From assembly GCF_016432865.1 (NCBI RefSeq), contig NC_067401.1:387748001-387812000 (forward strand): a DNA stretch of 64,000 nt, read 5' to 3'. Below, piece by piece: positions 39,757 through 52,555 of this stretch. This DNA is from Antechinus flavipes. Its lineage: Eukaryota. How positions within the stretch are numbered: the stretch's first letter is position 1; each line of letters begins with the position of its first letter. The position numbers were made by a program, and so were the translations under genes. A model generated the notes under the pieces. That model was not told the DNA's origin. It saw only the letters and a list, made by a program, of their open reading frames with translations, and made no database searches.

Positions 39757-39905
39757 TTTTTTTTTTTTAACTGAGGCAATTGGGGCTAAGTGACTTGCCC
39801 ACGGTCACAGAGCTAGGAAATGTCAAGTGTCTGAGATCAGATATGAACTCAGTTTCTCCTGACTTCAGGGCTGGTGCTCTATCCACTGCACTGCCTAGCT
39901 GCCCC
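39757..39905 (-). mobile_element. WSINE1 with perfect 14-bp TSD
   Basis: TSD aagaccactgtctt at 39743-39756 and 39906-39919; poly(T); full head. Confidence 0.95.
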
Positions 39906-40119
39906 AAGACCACTGTCTTCTACTCTTTGAACATTTCCTATTACTTCTATCCCTTCAGATTCCTTCTTTAATTATGTTCTACATATACCATTTGTGAACC
40001 ACTCACAGCAAACAAATAATAATAAAAACATTCAAGAGAAACTGGTTAGGTTAATAAATATGGTTGGTAGGAGAGAATAAATGAGTGAATAGGTAGGTAG
40101 AGAAGGTGAAGATAATAAT

Positions 40120-40735
40120 ATTAATAACTAACATTCATATTACTACTATATAGCTACTGTAGTCTACTTTTTCCCAGGCACTGTGCTAAGTACTTTACAA
40201 ATATTACCTCATTTGTTCCTTACAATATCCTGAGAGGGAAGTGTTATTATTACCCCCATATTACAGGTAAGGAAACAGAGGCAGGCAGGGGTTAAGTGAC
40301 ATGCATAGGGTCACACAACTAGGGCATGTCAGAGGCTGGATTTGAACTCAGATTTTCCTGACTCAGACCCAAAGATCTATCCACTGTGTCACAATGGAAA
40401 AAATCCTTGGACTGGCAATTAATAATATATCCCAGACCTCCCACTAACTGATGGTGTGACCTTGGCTTATTGATGTTGTTCAGTTATTTCAATCATGTCT
40501 GACTCTTGGTGATCTCATTTAGGGTTTTCTTAGCAAAGATACAGGAGTGTTTGCTATCTCCTTCCCCAGTTCATTTAACAGATGAAGAAACTGAGGCAAA
40601 CAGGATGAAGTGATTTCTCCAGAGTCATCCAGCGAGAAAGTGTCTGAGGTCAGATACGAACTCAGGAAGATGAGTCTTCCTGATTTTAGACTCAGTGCTC
40701 TATCCAATGTGGAACCACTTAGCTGCCTAGCTAAG
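40120..40735 (-). mobile_element. MIR (40120-40395) and MAR1 (40466-40735) SINEs
   Basis: Reverse-complement CORE motifs (acagatgaagaaactgaggcaaacagg); MAR1 tail gggttttcttagcaaagatacaggagtg. Confidence 0.8.
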
Positions 40736-43700
40736 CTGCCTTAGCTGACTTTGGCTTAGGTTATTTCATCTCTCTAGGTCTCAGTGTGAGAATTCTTGAC
40801 TACTATGTGATTTGTAGGTATCCTTTTCACTCTAAGTTCCATGTTCCTAGAATGGATAGAAAGATAGCTGAGGGAGTGAAAAGGAGAAAAGAGGGGTGAC
40901 TAGAAAGGTCACCCCAACATCCTATTGACTCATTTACTGATTTGTGAACATAGCAAAAAAAAAGTATTTATTTTGGTTCAGGCCAAATTTGGCTTGTAAA
41001 CAGGGACCTAGGAATGAGAGATGACCCTTCACCCAAATAACTATAGCATAAGTGTTTTTTTTTTCNNNNNNNNNNNNNNNNNNNNNNNNNNNNNNNNNNN
41101 NNNNNNNNNNNNNNNNNNNNNNNNNNNNNNNNNNNNNNNNNNNNNNNNNNNNNNNNNNNNNNNNNNNNNNNNNNNNNNNNNNNNNNNNNNNNNNNNNNNN
41201 NNNNNNNNNNNNNNNNNNNNNNNNNNNNNNNNNTTTCTCTTTCTTTCTCCCTTTCCTTCCTTTTTCCTTCCTTTCTTTCCTTCTTTCTTACTTTAACTCT
41301 AGCACAGCAGAGATGACTCAGTGGTTTTGAATAAGGCAAATGGGTTTTCTTTAAATATAAAATCAATAAATGATGAACTCAGGGTCCTGCCTGAGGCTGA
41401 AGTCACTAAGGTAGGAGGAGGGCATAGTGGGAGGAACCTTGATGAGGTTATTCTTTGCCTGGAAGATAGAATTGAACAATGACAGTTGGCTACAAAGCAG
41501 TGTGATGCACTGGTGCCAGGACAGGAGCCCCAGCAGTGTGACCCAGGCTCATTCTCCCTCCAAGGTTCGAGGCCTTGTCATTGGCTCTCTGAGTATGACT
41601 TTCTTTCCTTCTTCGCTCTCAGATCTCTAACCACCTCCACCCCCAGCCTCTTCTTTTCAATACTGTTATTGCTTTCGGACAGGAGAGAATTTACCTGAAA
41701 ATCAGTATCAGTTTTACAAAAAGACTTTTAAAAATCAGCCTATTTGCCAAGTTGCCATTCCACAGAGCTCCCCCAAACACTTTCAGCTCTTCAACCATAG
41801 CGTAGGATTGAGAACTACATTGCTATAGTTAGAAAAATGAGTGAGTGATGATTTCAGTTTTGCTAAAAAGTTTTTGGTCCCTTCAACTTAATTTCTTTGG
41901 GGACTCATCCAGATTTCTTACAAACTCTGGGGCTCTGAGTTATGCTATTTTAGCTGCCTGGCTTGAATGCTATAAAATGATTTTGAGGTTTGAACAGATC
42001 TTAGGTCTTATTTCCAGGGTCATTATGCAATATGACTAGAGTGACTATTTTCCCTTCTACCTCCCTCTGGTATACTCTTCGTTTGTATATTTATATGGAT
42101 CCTATTCACATGAGCATCATGGTAGCATGTAAAACATGATTCATTGGTGAAATAAAGTAAGAATTAAATAGTGTTTTTATTTCACTGACCATTATAAAAT
42201 TAATTTATCTTTATACCACTGGGGCTTTTGACAACTTTTCTCATTTTCCATTACATAGTTCTGGTCCTGTTTCTCATCAGAAAAGGAAGATTCCATTTGC
42301 ACTTGAGACTTGAAAACTAATTTCACCTGCAATAGATTTCTGAGTGTCATTTAGTAACCCATGACACTGTTTAGTTCATTAGCATTAGCAATTTTGGCAG
42401 CCAAGCTTCCTCTTTTTTATTTGTGTGAAATATTCTCTTCTCTCTTTTTCACCCAATTCTCCAGCACACCCTTCATTTCTGAATCAGAGCTCTGAGAATG
42501 ATTAGTGCTACATCTTAGTTGCCCTTTAAGAGAGATATTCTTCCTTGGGTTTTTAGTTGACAGCAAGCCTGGAAAAATAATCTAGGGAAAAGCTGGCCCA
42601 GTAACTAGTGTTTTATAAGAGCAAGAGAATTGCTGTCTTTATCAGTTGCTCTCTTCTCAATGACCAGAAAATAGGAAACACAACAAATCTAAATGATATT
42701 TTCCCAAAGACGTCCTCTTACAATTCCTAGTTGCTTTCAAAGTTCAGGTACTAGTGCTCCCCCCGAAATGATTTTGTATTTGTGTATGTGTACATATGTG
42801 TGTGTATATAGAAAGACAAACTTGTATATCTATACATAGATATATTTTTGTATTATATATGTATATATATACTCACCCATCTACAATGTATATTTTAATG
42901 TAATGAAATGTTTGAATGTTGTAAGTTCCTTAAACTTCGACACTTTCATTTTTTGTATCCTCAGCACCTGGTCCAATACTTGACATATAGTAAGCACTTA
43001 ATAAAAATTTGTTCTATCTATGGGACCTTAAGGTTTATAAAGTACTTTTTAGATAAAAATCCTGTGAAGCAGGCAGAATAAATATTCCTATCCCCATTTT
43101 ATAGATCAGGAAATTGAGAACCTGAGTAATTATGTGACTTTCTCTATGTTCAGATAGCTAGTGGCTAAACTGGGCTTGGAACCCAGGTTTTATGATATTA
43201 AGTCTTGTGCTCTTGTGTGATATCCTATTTGTTCTCAATCTCACAGTTTCTCTGAATTTTCCAATATGTAAAAATGAGGCTAATAATGTTTGTAATATTT
43301 TATGTTTTAAATTCATTTTGAGGAAAATGAGAGAAAGAGAAAGAAAGAAGGAAGGAAGGAGGGAAGAAGGAAAAAAGGAAGGAAGAAGGAAAGAGGGAGG
43401 AAGGAAGGAAAGAAACTAAGGAAGANNNNNNNNNNNNNNNNNNNNNNNNNNNNNNNNNNNNNNNNNNNNNNNNNNNNNNNNNNNNNNNNNNNNNNNNNNN
43501 NNNNNNNNNNNNNNNNNNNNNNNNNNNNNNNNNNNNNNNNNNNNNNNNNNNNNNNNNNNNNNNNNNNNNNNNNNNNNNNNNNNNNNNNNNNNNNNNNNAT
43601 TTCTTTAAGAATCTTGTGGTAGGCAGTTTCTAGGAGAAAGGAAGAAGGTTCTGCTTTCTCTTGGGATTCCATGGACCCTTTCACCAAAGGCATATAAGGG

Positions 43701-45778
43701 CAGTATTGTCCTGGGAGCTCCCAGCTTGCTTCATGTGCTTCTAGAGCAATGATGACCTGCAAGCGTGGGCCATAATGGAATGGCATTGTACTTTAGCTGG
43801 ACTGCAAATCACTTTAACCACAGTATAGAAATTGCAATTGGACAATTGAATTCGGGAGGAGTTAGGAAAAAAAGGTCCAGGGTGGAGGCTGAGGCCAAGG
43901 AGGTCATATAGCCATGGCAGCAAATTATAAGTGGTTAATGGCATTAGACTTATTTATCATCTAGACTTTACTGAGTCCCTAGGGGTCTGGGAGACATAAA
44001 GAACCATCCTGTCTCTATCTCTAGACAACTGGCAGCTTAATAGGAGAGATGCGACAAATTGATAAATAGAGATTGATCAGGGAACTCAGCCAATCTACCC
44101 CAGATACTTTGTAATTCATTGAGGCCCCATATCAACCAAGGGATCATAGAGATAGATAATTAGATAGGTAGATAAATAAGTAGGAATGACATATTGATAG
44201 ATATTCTGAAGGATAAATAAATAGGTTATAGATGACAAATTATGACAGATGCTAAAGATATATAAATATAAGTAGAGATAGATAGATGTTAGATACAGTG
44301 CTTATGTAATGTTTATCTTGTGCCAGGTATTGTGCTAAGCACTAGAGACACAAACATAAGGAGACAATGTAGTCCATACCTTCAAGAAGCTTACAATCTA
44401 ATAAAAGGCAAAATGTAAAGGAAACCAAAAAACTGGGGGATAATGGTAGTGTGAAATGAGCATGGCCAGGGGCCTACTTAGCAATCAAAAAAGCTGAACT
44501 GAAGGCAGAGATATCTTGAGATGGGCAAAACTGCAAATCAGTCCGCTAGACTTTTGGGATTATCCTAAGGGTTTGGATTAATTTCCTTGTCCAGTATGGA
44601 AAATGAATTCAGTGCTCTTAAGAGCGACAACTCCGTTCTTGTGAGACATGTCCAGATAACTCATTGTAGTTACAAAAGAAAAAATTCATGACTTTTTCTT
44701 TATATCCTGGCTTGGTTCTCTGCTGAGCTTTCAGCTCCGGACCATATATTTAATTTTTTTTTCTGTGTGACACTGCCTAGGCATTCTCCATTATTCCTCT
44801 AGAAGGCTAAATACTAATCTTCTAACTTGAGACTAGAACTATCCAGAGTTGTTCTGTTCTTTTTTTAAAAGGCTGGATTCTGGGAATCTCTTTCTCCAAG
44901 AATCAAATATTGCTTAAGAAAGAAAAAGAGAAAGAAAAGAAAGAAATAAAAAAGGAAGGAAAANNNNNNNNNNNNNNNNNNNNNNNNNNNNNNNNNNNNN
45001 NNNNNNNNNNNNNNNNNNNNNNNNNNNNNNNNNNNNNNNNNNNNNNNNNNNNNNNNNNNNNNNNNNNNNNNNNNNNNNNNNNNNNNNNNNNNNNNNNNNN
45101 NNNNNNNNNNNNNNNNNNNNNNNNNNNNNNNNNNNNNNNNNNNNNNNNNNNNNNNNNNNNNNNNNNNNNNNNNNNNNNNNNNNNNNNNNNNNNNNNNNNN
45201 NNNNNNNNNNNNNNNNNNNNNNNNNNNNNNNNNNNNNNNNNNNNNNNAATAAAGAAGAAAAAGNNNNNNNNNNNNNNNNNNNNNNNNNNNNNNNNNNNNN
45301 NNNNNNNNNNNNNNNNNNNNNNNNNNNNNNNNNNNNNNNNNNNNNNNNNNNNNNNNNNNNNNNNNNNNNNNNNNNNNNNNNNNNNNNNNNNNNNNNNNNN
45401 NNNNNNNNNNNNNNNNNNNNNNNNNNNNNNNNNNNNNNNNNNNNNNNNNNNNNNNNNNNNNNNNNNNNNNNNNNNNNNNNNNNNNNNNNNNNNNNNNNNN
45501 NNNNNNNNNNNNNNNNNNNNNNNNNNNNNNNNNNNNNNNNNNNNNNNNNNNNNNNNNNNNNNNNNNNNNNNNNNNAAAGCAGAGTTTATGTATCTAGGAG
45601 GAGGGATCCTAAAATTGCTGAACTTAAGAGTTTTTAAGGAAATAGTTTCCAAACTGGTACTGCCTAAAACTTCCCTCCTCTAGCTAGAATATTATGTCCC
45701 CAAACTCATCTGGGGAATCTAATTACATGGTCACATGGTTCCTCTTACTACTGCTGCCATTTTCCCCCCATTTGACAG

Positions 45779-45841
45779 GTTAATAATACAGTAGCCACAG
45801 AATTCTATTGAGAAGGAAAAGGTGGTTCAGAAATAATGCTG
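45779..45841 (+). other. Candidate 63-nt non-coding exon on the + strand
   Basis: cttac branch-like motif, pyrimidine tract ttttccccccatttgacag|G, donor CTG|GTGAGT; stops in all three frames. Confidence 0.3.
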
Positions 45842-47554
45842 GTGAGTATGTTGACTAGAAGAAACTAGGAAAAACTTCCTGACTTAAATGATCTTAAAGT
45901 CATGGATTTTATATGGATTGCTGATCAGATTTATATGGCATGCTGAACAGAAGAGGTTGTTCTAGATGTCCGTTCCAGGCATCTTAATTTGTTTAGGGAA
46001 GATTTAAAGGAAAGCATTACTAGAGTAGATTCAATCAAATTAAGAGAATATTACACACCTACTCTATATAAAACACCATGCCAAGACTGGAAGAAATAAA
46101 ACATTTGGATAAGAATGACCTTGCCCTTATGAATAAATGAAAAAGCATTTTAAAGCACTTACTATGTACCAAGCACTGAGCTAAGTGTTGAAAAAAGAAA
46201 TAATGAAGCAAAATAGCCCCTGCTCTCAAGAATCTCATAGTATGGAGTGCATTATATAATAATACAAGGGAAATGAATGGAGATATGGAACAAAGTGCTA
46301 TGTAATGTCTCTATACACTTAGCTGCTACATTTGATCAGGAAAGTGATATGAATTTATTCCAGAGATGTGAAAAGGCAAGTCAAGTGGATATGAAATNNN
46401 NNNNNNNNNNNNNNNNNNNNNNNNNNNNNNNNNNNNNNNNNNNNNNNNNNNNNNNNNNNNNNNNNNNNNNNNNNNNNNNNNNNNNNNNNNNNNNNNNNNN
46501 NNNNNNNNNNNNNNNNNNNNNNNNNNNNNNNNNNNNNNNNNNNNNNNNNNNNNNNNNNNNNNNNNNNNNNNNNNNNNNNNNNNNNNNNNNNNNNNNNNNN
46601 NNNNNNNNNNGAAAAAGGGAGGGAGAGAGAAGGGAGGGAAGGAAAAAGGAAGGGAGAGAGGGAGGGAGGGAGGGAGGGAAGAAGGGAGGAGGGGAGAGAC
46701 AGAGGAAGGGAGGAAGGAGGGAGGGAGAAAGGAAAGGAGGGAGACAAGGAGGAAGGGAGAGAGAGGGGGAGGGATGGAGAAAGGGAGGGAAGGAAAAAGG
46801 AAGGAGAGAGGGAGGAAAGGAGAAAGAGAAGGAGGGAGGGAGAGAGAAAAAGAGGGAGGGAAAGAGAAAAAGAGGGAGGAGAGAGAAAAAGAGGGAGGAG
46901 AGAGAAAAAGGGAGGGAGAGAGAAAAAGAGGGAAGGAGGGAGAGAAGGGAGGAAGAGAGAGAGGGAGGGACAGAGAGAGGGAGGAAATGAGGGGGAGAGG
47001 GAGGGAGAGGGAGAAGGAAGAAGGAAGGAGGGAGAGAAGGGAGGAAGTCAAGTCCAATTCTTCATGATCCCTTGCTGGAATACACGGGAGCCACCTGACA
47101 GTGGCTGCTGGAGATCCAAGCCAGACCTGCAGAATGGATCCCCTCTTGTGAGAGGATGATACAAGGAGACTGAGAGGCCTTTGCATTGTCTGACCTCTCT
47201 CCTCTTCCCTCTGCCTCCAATTTATTTCATTCCCAGTCCGCAACACCTGTGTCAGCACACAGGAATGCAAGCAGCACTATCGCCTCTGGATGGTTGTAGC
47301 AGGTGTTGATCTTATCATGGAGGCAAACTTTCAAACGGAGGAGAGGATTGTAGTCAGAACAAGCATTTCAGTCTCTCATCAGTCTCCTGGCTCAGTCCTT
47401 TGATGTGTTGGCCCACTTAATTACCCCGACTAAAAAACATCTTGTTCCTTTCCTTCTCCGTAGATTTCCAAAAGAACTCTGGAAGGATCTTTCTCACGAA
47501 CAACTCTGGTTTTTTTTGTAATTCTTATGCTTCTTATATCCCACGTTCAGGCGC

Positions 47555-47760
47555 CGATCCCTTTTTTGGGTTTTCTTGGTAAAGTGGAGTTTTGCCATTT
47601 CAATCTTCAGCTCATTTCACAGATTAGGAAACTGAGGCAAATTGGGTGAAGTGACTTGCCTAGGGTCATACAGCTACTAAGTGTCTGAGACTGGATTTGA
47701 ACTTTGTTCTTCCTGATTCCAATTCCAGTGCTTTATCTGCTACCTCACCTCGATGCTCCC
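47555..47760 (-). mobile_element. MAR1-type SINE
   Basis: gggttttcttggtaaagtggagttttgccatttc...acagattaggaaactgaggcaaa. Confidence 0.8.
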
Positions 47761-49427
47761 TTTTATACATAAAGACCTTCAAGTACTCTAATATTTCATA
47801 AAACTGACTTCTTATTTCTCACATATGATAGTACGTTTATCATCTCGATACTTTTGAATAAGACTGTTCCCAGAACTACCCAGAAAACTTTCTAGAAGGT
47901 ACTATTCCCTCCCCTTCCCTAGTTTCCTCTCTACAAATTCCTAATTGCCTCCAAAAATCAGATGCTGGTCCTTCCGTACCCAAAGTCACTATTTATTTTG
48001 CATCTATTGAGATCTGTCCATGCTGTCTATAAGGTCACTGAGGTCAAACTCTCATTTTTGTATTCCTAAAACCTAGTACATTTTATAGATGTAAAAACTG
48101 AGACTCTAAGCAATTAAATAAATTGCATGTTCAGACAGCTAACAAGTGTCTGAATGAGGACTGGAACTCAGTTCTCCTGACACTACATCCAGAGCTTTGC
48201 CCATGATACTTGCTCAATCTCACAATTTATCTGAACTTACTCCATTTTCCCTTTCTATAAAATGGGTTTAATAATGTTTGTGCCATTTAGCTTTCAGGTA
48301 CATTTTGAGGAAAGAGTTTGAAAACTTAAAGGCACAATCTATATCTGTTTTTATATCTTTACATAGACATGTATGAATTATTATCATTTTTTTGAGAGAA
48401 CAGAGGAAAGCCACATTTTAAAATATCTTTCTGAAGGAGAAACTTAAATAGTTTAAAAGGAAGGAGAGAAGCAAGGAAGAGAGAAGAATGGAATAAGAGA
48501 GGCANNNNNNNNNNNNNNNNNNNNNNNNNNNNNNNNNNNNNNNNNNNNNNNNNNNNNNNNNNNNNNNNNNNNNNNNNNNNNNNNNNNNNNNNNNNNNNNN
48601 NNNNNNNNNNNNNNNNNNNNNNNNNNNNNNNNNNNNNNNNNNNNNNNNNNNNNNNNNNNNNNNNNNNNNNNNNNNNNNNNNNNNNNNNNNNNNNNNNNNN
48701 NNNNNNNNNNNNNNNNNNNNNNNNNNNNNNNNNNNNNNNNNNNNNNNNNNNNNNNNNNNNNNNNNNNNNNNNNNNNNNNNNNNNNNNNNNNNNNNNNNNN
48801 NNNNNNNNNNNNNNNNNNNNNNNNNNNNNNNNNNNNNNNNNNNNNNNNNNNNNNNNNNNNNNNNNNNNNNNNNNNNNNNNNNNNNNNNNNNNNNNNNNNN
48901 NNNNNNNNNNNNNNNNNNNNNNNNNNNNNNNNNNNNNNNNNNNNNNNNNNNNNNNNNNNNNNNNNNNNNNNNNNNNNNNNNNNNNNNNNNNNNNNNNNNN
49001 NNNNNNNNNNNNNNNNNNNNNNNNNNNNNNNNNNNNNNNNNNNNNNNNNNNNNNNNNNNNNNNNNNNNNNNNNNNNNNNNNNNNNNNNNNNNNNNNNNNN
49101 NNNNNNNNNNNNNNNNNNNNNNNNNNNNNNNNNNNNNNNNNNNNNNNNNNNGCCCCAACATTTGTTTTGTGCTTGGGCCAATAAGTCATTTACAACCAGC
49201 TTTCCATTTCAAGTTTCCTAACTCAAAATGCTTTGGAATTGTGGAGTGAAGGGGAGGGAAAGAGTCTGGAGTTAGGAGGGGGGGGAATTTACATTAGGCA
49301 AATTTCAATTCAAATCATCCAAGTTTCTCCCTGAGGGGGAGACTGCCATTCAAAACCCAGACACAAGACAGGCTTTGCTGACTGCCTCCTCTCTCAGAGT
49401 GGGCCCTTAAGCCTCCAGTGCATGCTG

Positions 49428-49600
49428 CAGCTGTAGCTTTCTCTCAAGCAGTACAGATGTTTTTAACAGCAGCTATAACCCAAGGGCTACACCTGTTGCC
49501 CACATCAGCTGCTGTAACCCAACTCCTGGGAAAACAAGTCAGGTGCCCACGTTTTGGCCAGAGTCCCTGCTTACCAAGGGCAGGTGGGACCAGGCAGCTG
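49428..49600. promoter_or_regulatory. Candidate enhancer: seven E-boxes plus an EBF-like site
   Basis: CAGCTG at 49428, 49506, 49595; CAGATG 49454; CACCTG 49490; CAGGTG 49540, 49581; CCCAAGGG 49479. Confidence 0.5.
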
Positions 49601-50579
49601 CTTTTCCCTGCCAGTCATACTGGTTCTAAGCTGCTGTGGAGGTGGCTTGGGGGGGGGGGGGTCAGAGGTTTAACCCCCTTTTTTAGTATTAAGATCTTTG
49701 CCCAGGCCTCCCCACCTGATCTCTGACCTCGCTTGCTCCCAAAGCTCAGGATTCCCTTTCTTTCCCTGGCAAGTGGAGGGTCTACCTGTTTAACCTCAGA
49801 GTCAAAGAGAGTATCAAGCCATAGTTAGAGTCCTGGAGACTTGCATTCGAATTCTGTTTCAGACACTACCAGTTGTAGTAGTTTCCTGAATTGTAAAATG
49901 TGGAGTAACAATGGCACCTCCCTCACAGAGCTATTGTGGGGATCAAATGAGATAATGTTTTGTGGAGGGCAGAGTGTCGGAGAAGATGGGCCTCTGCCTT
50001 GTCTTGTCTTGTTAAAGCTCTTTGAAGACAGAGAACAGGCCTCCCTGGAGAAAGACAGATCCCAGCCAGCTGTCAGCTCTCAGTGACGGTCTGTCTGACC
50101 TGTTAACAAAGTGCAATAGAGTTTTGCAGATCTTAAAATGCTGAATAAACGTGAGCTATTAATATCTGGAAATACGTGCTCTGTTTTTAAGTAAGATTTT
50201 TTCATGGTGGGGCTAGAAGAATAAAGCGAATGGGGCTCCCTCTACCCCCCAATTGCTCGCCTTCCTCTGGGCTGTTCTCTGGCCCTTTAAGTTTTAAAGG
50301 CATGAAGATCTGGAGAGATGTGTGGTTCAGTACAGGGCTGGCTGGAGGCGGGAAAAGGCTGGGAAGGGGGCCAAGGATGAGGATGGGTCTGGGAGCACAC
50401 ACAGGCCTGGGAGCGGGTCATGGGTGTTCTGGATTGTTGGCTGCTATGGTTCTGACTCTTAACTGCCATGCTGAGAATTCCATTCAACTGAGCATGTGTG
50501 AGAGGTACAGAAATCGGGAAAAGGGTCGCTCTTTACTCAAAAGAAAAAAAAAGGAGAAGAGGAAAATAAAAGTCCTGGG

Positions 50580-50770
50580 TAGGGGTCCTCAAACTGCGGC
50601 CAGTGGGCCAGATGCAGCAGCTGAGGACGATTATCCCCCCACCCAGGGCTATGAAGTTTCTTTATTTAAAGGCCCATAAAGCAAAGTTTTTGTTTTTACT
50701 ATAGTTCGACCCTCCAACAGTCTGAGGGACAGTGAACTGGCCCCCCATTTAAAAAGTTTGAGGACCCCTG
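50580..50770 (+). mobile_element. OC1 (OposCharlie1)-derived hAT MITE, 191 bp
   Basis: TIRs taggggtcctcaaact / agtttgaggacccctg; subterminal ccctccaacagtctgagggacagtgaactggcccc recalled as OC1; no clear TSD. Confidence 0.8.
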
Positions 50771-51029
50771 AGAGTAAGGCAATTACTCTTAATTTAGTGA
50801 CTATTCTGGTTATCTAGGTGACATGGTGGCTTGGAGTAAGGAAGATTAAAGATTAAAATTCATGTTTCCTCCACTGTTCTACTTAGAGCTTCTCTGTCGG
50901 CCTCAGTCTCCTCATCTCTAAATTGGGAATAATAACAGAACCTCCCTCACAGGGCTGTTAGGAGAATGAGATAAGATAATACATGTGAAGTAGTTTGCAC
51001 ATCTTAAAGCACTATTTAAATATTAGTTA

Positions 51030-52100
51030 TCATCGCTGGACGATCACATAAGGCTTCCCAGTTTGCTGGCAACTCCTTATTCAGAGAGAATTGATCCCTG
51101 TCCTTAAGAAGTGTAACGAGAAAAAATAGAGACACGCTCTCTGACATTCAGCCCCCACACAGTGCACTCGCATGGGCCAACAAACATAAAATCGCTGATA
51201 GAAAACCATATGGGTATGTTGGCATAAATGGTGTTTAGACTACAAACGCTGGACTCATCAATATTAGTCATGAATGGCCCCTCCCCTCTACTGGGTCACC
51301 TCCCTGCCTAGTGGGATGAATTTTAAACCAGGGTAGGGACTGAATCCAAGTTTTCAAAATGAGGGGGACTCCCCTTTCCTCCCCTTTCTTCCCCACATCC
51401 CACATCCCGGCTCTACAATGCCCGGACAAATGGCCGTATAGAAAGACCAGATGCAATATTCTGCTGACCCCTGCTGGAGCAGCCCAGACGTGGGAAAGCC
51501 CCTGGGAGGGGGGGATTGGAAAAAACGGTGCAATCCATCTGGGAGGGGTGGGAAGAAATGCCTTTGCTCAAATTCTCATCATCTGGAGCTTCTTTGATGA
51601 GACTAGTGAGAAATTAGAATAAAACCCAGACTGAGCTTCTGGGAGGAGTGAGACAACATTAATATGTCCCTTCAATCGTTGTGGCCTGGAAAATACCCCG
51701 GTGCCAAATCCCTGAAACCGAGATCAGGAAAACATTAGCAGGCCTCTATCGGGCAATCTCAACTATTTGGAGGTGGAGAGAGCCGATGTCCAAAAGAGTA
51801 AAATATTATTCGTTTGCGGTGGGATTGTCTCAGGGTAGAAACTAAATATACTGTGTGACTGCCGCTCCCCTGGGGACTGAAGTCAATATGAAGCAACTGA
51901 TTTGCTGTTTTTCTTTCCACTGGCTTAGCCAGTGTTAATCACTAGTCACTCCATATGGGGAGACTCCCTTCAGGAGATCTGACGTTTTGGAGGGCATATT
52001 TTTTAATGTAAAAAGCTTTACATCCTGAGTAAAAGCGGAGCTATTCACGCAGATTGTTTCCTAAACTAACAACAATAATAGCGGCATTCATTGATATTTT
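51030..52100. promoter_or_regulatory. CpG-enriched unique region, candidate enhancer
   Basis: Roughly 25 CpGs by eye in ~1.1 kb of non-repeat DNA; CGTGGGAA (51489), GTGGGAA (~51548), CCCCTGGG (51499), TCCCCTGGGGA (51866). Confidence 0.4.
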
Positions 52101-52404
52101 TATAGCTATTTTTATTTTTTATGTATTTTATATTTTAGCTATAGATATTTTTATTCTAAAGTTTGAAAAGAACTTTACACATATTCTCTCTAAGCTTTAT
52201 AAAATCTGGTGATGTAGGTACCACCAGAGTTGTAATTAGAGGGAAAGACTGTGACGTTGTATTAAGCAATGAAATTTAAAGGACACAAAAATTTAAATAA
52301 TGATTTTAAAACATGGTACAGCTCTTGGATTTATTTAACTTTTAGGGGCTGTGTCTAGTCATTTTCCTGATCCTATTCACAATAAAAACAAAATACCAGC
52401 GAGC

Positions 52405-52555
52405 ATCTAGGTGGTGCAGTGGATAGAGCACCAGCTCTGAAATTAGGAGGACCTGAGTTCAAATCTGACCTCAGATATGTAACACGTTCTAACTGTGTGA
52501 CCCTGGGCAAGTCACTTAACCTCTGCCTCCCTTCCCCCCCAAAAAAAACACCCCA
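52405..52555 (+). mobile_element. WSINE1
   Basis: ctaggtggtgcagtggatagagcaccagctctgaaattaggaggacctgagttcaaat. Confidence 0.9.

Larger units (their letters stand above)
41042..49151. repeat. Cluster of GGAA/GA-rich tracts and N-runs
   Basis: N-runs at 41066-41232, 43426-43598, 44964-45247, 45264-45575, 46398-46610 and 48505-49151, each bordered by purine- or pyrimidine-rich low-complexity DNA; open GA tract 46611-47045. Confidence 0.95.
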
